A stretch of DNA of 13,643 bases from Prasinococcaceae sp. CCMP 1430 (lineage: Eukaryota > Plantae > Prasinodermophyta), in the NCBI GenBank assembly GCA_013416795.1, contig RQSC01001082.1, forward strand, positions 42,121 through 55,763, in the 5' to 3' direction. A program made the position numbers and the translations under genes. This document shows positions 9,790 to 13,643 of this stretch, piece after piece (the stretch's first letter is position 1; each line of letters starts with the position of its first letter). The notes beneath the pieces were generated by a model. It did no database searches. It saw only the letters and a list, made by a program, of their open reading frames with translations, and was not told the DNA's origin.

Positions 9790-10270
9790 TCCCCCCATCC
9801 CTTTCTCCTTCTATGAACGCGCACATGCGCCGTGCCGGCGTGGCGGTGATGACAAATGTTGTCGACGAGCGGTCTGAAGCACATGAAGACGACCTCGACG
9901 TGTACAATTTTTCTGTCTGAGCCTCGCTCTCGCGCGCGCACCCTTCGGTGCGCACCCACGCGCGCTCCCAGCCAGCGCACCGCCGCGATGCGCTGACCTC
10001 GCACGCGCCTCGCAGGGCAAGAACAAGAACAGAAACAAGTTCAAGCAGCACGGCGTCGCTGCCTCGGGCGGGGTTGGCGACGACCGCCTCTCGTCGTCCG
10101 CGGGCGTGAGCCGCTTCCTGCGCGCACTCGATGCAGCGGGCTTCTCCCGCGTGCGCCGCGACGAGTCCAACTCACACTTCGTGCTGCTCGAGCTGCGCAA
10201 GCGCGCCAAGCCGGGCAAGGCGGCACCGCGGTGGCCCAAGCTCGACGCGTGCATCTACAAGAGGCGCTGA
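8280..10270 (+). CDS. RRP8: Ribosomal RNA-processing protein 8 (25S rRNA m1A methyltransferase), ~475 aa, exons 8280-8837, 9068-9682, 10016-10270
   Basis: Motifs RLSGGQFRMINEALYTS, FEEYHSGYRYQTESWPTNP, SAM-binding ADFGCGEA, VHSFDLV, AVFCLSLMGTD, VAEVLSRF and C-terminal LDACIYKRR*. Introns 8838-9067 (GTGCGT..CAG) and 9683-10015 (GTGCGG..GCTGAC..CGCAG) are both phase 0. The Lys/Gln-rich N-terminus and start ATG are less certain. Confidence 0.93.
8502..8648 (+). repeat. Coding 12-nt tandem repeat (QQRK)x5 followed by a Gln-rich tract
   Basis: cagcagcg[a/g]aag x5 at 8502-8561, then a CAG/CAA-rich stretch. Confidence 0.9.
8891..8975 (+). ncRNA. Intronic box C/D snoRNA, U43/snR70-like, copy 1 (RRP8 intron 1)
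   Basis: Terminal stem GGC/GCC; box C variant GTGACGA 8895-8901; guide CGACGAGCGGT; D' CTGA 8924-8927; C' ATGAAGA 8933-8939; extra antisense GTGTACAA 8950-8957; box D variant CCGA 8969-8972. Confidence 0.75.
9715..9797 (+). repeat. (TC)n microsatellite plus C37 homopolymer (9750-9786) in RRP8 intron 2
   Basis: Directly visible; homopolymer length may be unreliable. Confidence 0.85.
9842..9923 (+). ncRNA. Intronic box C/D snoRNA, U43/snR70-like, copy 2 (RRP8 intron 2)
   Basis: Terminal stem GGC/GCC; canonical box C GTGATGA 9846-9852; guide CGACGAGCGGT; D' CTGA 9874-9877; C' ATGAAGA 9883-9889; GTGTACAA 9900-9907; canonical box D CTGA 9917-9920, ~70 nt upstream of the branch point. Confidence 0.85.
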
Positions 10271-10286
10271 GCGCTTGGCGCGCACG

Positions 10287-10291
10287 TGTAA
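10287..10291 (+). promoter_or_regulatory. TGTAA polyadenylation signal of RRP8
   Basis: TGTAA 17 nt after the stop. Confidence 0.5.
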
Positions 10292-10504
10292 AGTCACTTC
10301 TGCGAATCGGGTACTCAGACCTGCTTTCCGAAGTTGGAACGCGGCGATGCCACACCGCATGCGCCACCCACTGCCGCTGGGGGGAGGGCGCAGGAGGTCG
10401 CGCGCTGGTGGCGCTCGCGTGGTGTTCCGCGTGCGGTACGTGCACCGCGCGCGGTGCCGCGCGTGCGGCACATGCCGTGCGCGTGGCACTTCTAGCGCGC
10501 GCGC

Positions 10505-12466
10505 ATGCTGCCGAGCACGGACCCGCCGCCGCAGTCGCTGCCGGCGCCCCCGCCGTCGCTGCCGGTGCCCCCGCCGTCGCTGCCGGCGCCCCCGCCGTCG
10601 CTGCCGGCGCTCCCTGTTGCGCCGCCACCAGCAGCACACAGCCGCGGCGCTGCTGTCGGCCCTGGTGGTGGGGCCAGCGGCGGCGAGGAGGGCTCCGAGC
10701 GCGCTGGTCTACTGATGGGTGCGCTCGAGAGCGAGCCATCGTCCATGGCATCTGGCGGCATGGCGCCTGACCGCCCGTACCGCCGGGGTCTGCGCGTGCT
10801 GCGTGGCCACCCGCCAGGCCTGGCAGTGCTCTTCTGCACGGAAGCCTTCGAGCGCTTCAGCTATTACGGGATGCGCGCGCTCCTCGTTCTGTACATGACG
10901 CACATCGTGCTGCCGAAGCCGACCAACATTTTGGGCATGCGACTGATCGCACCGCTGGTGGGCGTGCCAGGCGATGACGTGTCGGGTGCAGAGCGAGAGA
11001 GGATGATCAAGGCAGCTGCGAGTCGGTTATATGGCTTCTACACCGCGCTGGTATACCTGACACCGCTCGTCGGGGGCTACCTTGCTGACAACTACTTCGG
11101 GCAGCGGCCGATGGTGCTCCTCGGCGCGTTGACGATGGCAGCCGGCCACGTGCTGATGGCGTGGCGCGAGGGCTTTCTCATCGCGCTTGTGCTGATCATA
11201 GCGGGCAACGGCGCTTTCAAGCCCTGCCTCACTGCGCAGCTCTCGCGACTGTACGTCGATGCGGGCGTCAAGAAGGAGAACGCACCGGAGGCGTTCCGGA
11301 AGAGAGCGCACGCGTACTCGATTTTCTATATCGGGATCAACGTCGGTGCCTTCTTGTCGCCGCTAGTGTGCGGTGCGCTGCGTGCACGTTTCGGCGCGAA
11401 TGAGGACGATCCGAAAGGTTACCACGCAGGCTTCTTTGCGGCGGGTGCGGGAATGGTCGTATCGACGCTCGTGTACGTCGGCGGCGCGCGCCTGGTTCCC
11501 CCAGATGAGCGGCGCACGGCTTTCAGCCGGCGCGCACGCACGCGCGCGCGGCGCTACGACCCAATCGACGGCTCAGAGCGCGTGCGGGCGCCCTCGGTCG
11601 AGGATGGAGGGCAAGCGCCCGCACGCACCGGCGGCGCGGGTGGCGGCGTTGGTGCCACGCTCTCTCGCTATCGCTTGCGAACGGCGGCCTATTGCTTGAT
11701 GGTGCTGTTTGTGGTGCCACTCGCCAGCGTGATGGAGCAGGGCGGGAACACGACGTCGTTATTCGCTGAGGAGGGCGTCGACCGGACATTCTTTGGCGCC
11801 GAGGTGCCTACTGAGTGGGTGCAGGCCATCAACCCTTTCTGCGTGGTGGCGTTCACACCGCTCGTGCAGGGCACGTACTCGCGGCTTGACGCGCGCGGCC
11901 GCGAGCCCCACACGATCAGGAAGATGGCATTTGGCGCTGCCACGCTGTTCTTGTCTCAAGTGATTATTGCGGCGGGCTCGGCTACTACGCGGGTGACGTG
12001 CACCGACGACAGCTGCGTGTTCGAGCGCAAGGCGAACATGATGTGGCTGGTGGCCTCCATCGCCACGCTCACATTGGGCGAGCTGCAGATAAATCCAGGT
12101 GCGCGGGATGCGCTCGAGGCTCGGCGCACGCGGCTGCACGCGTGTCTTCCTCTTCAACTGACACGCTGATGTTTGCGTGGCGCGCTCGCTCGCGCACGCC
12201 TGCGCTCGCGCGCGCGGCACACAGTGGGGCTGGCTTTTACAGCCGAGACGTCGCCGGCAGGCCTGGAGACGCTCTTCATGGCCTTCTGGATGAGCAGCAA
12301 TTTCGTTGGAAACCTGATGGCGGGTCTGCTAGGCGCACTGTACGCGTATGGCCGCACCAAGTTCTTCGCGATCCTCGCGGCCGTTGCTGCTGCCACCTCC
12401 GGCACCATGTTCCTCGCGAGCGGGCGTCTGCAAAGGGCGCTCGCGGCACCACCGCGCTCGTGGTGA
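10505..12466 (+). CDS. Proton-dependent oligopeptide transporter (POT/PTR2, MFS), ~611 aa, exons 10505-12098 and 12225-12466
   Basis: GHPPGLAVLFCTEAFERFSYYGMR contains the ExxERFxYY motif; also GGYLADNYFG, GNGAFKP, YSIFYIGINVGAFLSP, QAINPF and GELQINP|VGL. Phase-1 intron 12099-12224 (GTGCGC..CTGAC..ACAG). The true start could be a later ATG, e.g. 10715. Confidence 0.93.
10529..10612 (+). repeat. 21-nt tandem repeat x4 encoding PPSLPAP
   Basis: ccgccgtcgctgccggcgccc units at 10529, 10550, 10571 and 10592. Confidence 0.9.
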
Positions 12467-12556
12467 GCGCCGCTCGGGGCCCCGCCGATGTATCGATGTA
12501 CTTGTACACTCAGGGGATCACGCGCGCCCGCGATGCCTCGGTGCGCGCTCCTAGCT

Positions 12557-13010
12557 TCAGTCGGTGAAGTAGTCGAACGCGTGCACGCTCGCAGCGATGG
12601 GCTTGATGTGGTCCCGAACAACCGCGACGTGCTCCGGCGAGTCCTGTTGTCATTGGGGTGGAAGAGGGCAGGTGTCAGGTGCGCGCAATCGCGCGTGCAG
12701 GCGCACGCCCGCGCGCCAGACGCGCGACCCGCACGTTGTAAACGCCCAGCGCGGCCGCGTCGTCAAGCTCCACCGTGAGCACCACGTCGGCGAGCCCGCC
12801 CGTCCTGTCGGTCCAGCCCGCGTGCAGAGGCTGAGCGCCGGCGGCGGGCGCGCCCGCGCTCAGCCTCCTCACCCCGCCTACGTCGCGCAGCGAGCGCAGC
12901 GCGGCGAGCGCCGCCGCACGCGCGCCCGCGCCGAGCTCCACCACCTCCTCGACCCACCCCGTGAGCCAGCACAAGGGTGCGTTGGCGCCGTACGCCGCGC
13001 CCGTCGCCAT
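12557..13010 (-). CDS. Stress-responsive A/B-barrel (Dabb-family) protein, ~120 aa, exons 13010-12735 and 12643-12557
   Basis: Splicing GTGCGG (12734)..CCTGAC..ACAG (12644) gives ...SLRDVGGVRRLSAG...DVVLTVELDDAAALGVYN|DSPEHVAVVRDHIKPIAASVHAFDYFTD*. This matches the Dabb pattern 'l.v.f.d...l..Y..hP.H..vv...i.p......fDy'. Exon 2 is missing from the ORF track. Confidence 0.8.
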
Positions 13011-13643
13011 CGCCCGCTCTCGCGGCGCGCCGCGCAAATACAAACCCTGTACCGAACCTCCAATATGCGATCAAAACCTACAGTAAACTTACGGTACTTT
13101 GTAGTGTACCCTGCCATGATGCCTGAAAGTCTCACTTTTACGGTATGGGGAGCGTGCGCAGCTGGGTGCTATTCTACAACCCTGGTATAGCCAAAATGCC
13201 CAACCCCGAGTACAGTGTACAGTAAGAAGCTTCTTACTGGTGAACCAGCGTAGCGGAGTGCGGTGTTGCTGTGTCGTTCGAAGTCCCCAGCGAGTGGTGC
13301 CCAGGTGCGCGGGATCGCGGCGTGGGATTCGGATCGGGTGCGCGCGCTGAGCTGGCGCGCGCGGCGCGCTGCTTCCCCAGTACGACGCATCATAGTCCCT
13401 TGCGTTAAAATTAACCACGGGAGACACACTTTTGGGGAATGCCGTCCAATGCGTTCGAACGTGCGGGGCGCCCCGCCGTTTCGCGTGCGGCGGATTGGAT
13501 TGGATTGCTCGCTCGCTCGCTCGGTCGATCCGGTGTGCGCCACACACCGCGCGCGAGAGCGCGCTGCCGCGGGGCGCTGCCCGCCCTCGGCGGTGCTGGC
13601 GGGGCCGGTGGGGGGCTCGGCGGCGGCTCGGGCGTAGGAGGCG

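Noticed and set aside
8909-9910. 52-nt repeat interpreted as an introner element, TE or CRISPR repeat
   Set aside because: Intron ends are not shared, and there are no TIRs/TSDs or spacer array; C/D boxes and rRNA complementarity explain it.

Overview
Compact, very GC/CpG-rich eukaryotic nuclear DNA. Introns have GTRCG donors and CTGAC (mostly GCTGAC) branch points, and TGTAA poly(A)-type signals follow some stops, which points to a high-GC green alga (prasinophyte-like; inference). Left to right: a low-complexity intergenic region with a 470-nt assembly gap (1381-1850); a 3-exon eIF4B-like gene (+); a ~635-codon Ala-rich unknown gene (-) with an in-frame TGA at codon 28; RPS3A/eS1 (+, 1 intron); RRP8 rRNA methyltransferase (+, 2 introns); a POT/PTR peptide transporter (+, 1 intron); and a Dabb stress-responsive A/B-barrel gene (-, 1 intron). 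The main hidden element is a pair of near-identical box C/D snoRNAs, one in each RRP8 intron. Their split antisense elements match a contiguous 19-nt stretch of the universal SSU rRNA decoding region (U43/snR70-like, predicted Cm at the E. coli C1402 equivalent). Both copies share one guide mismatch, and copy 1 has a co-varying box C/box D change. A dispersed CCACGGGA[G/T]A motif (twice preceded by TTAA) and two intergenic hairpins/palindromes remain unexplained.
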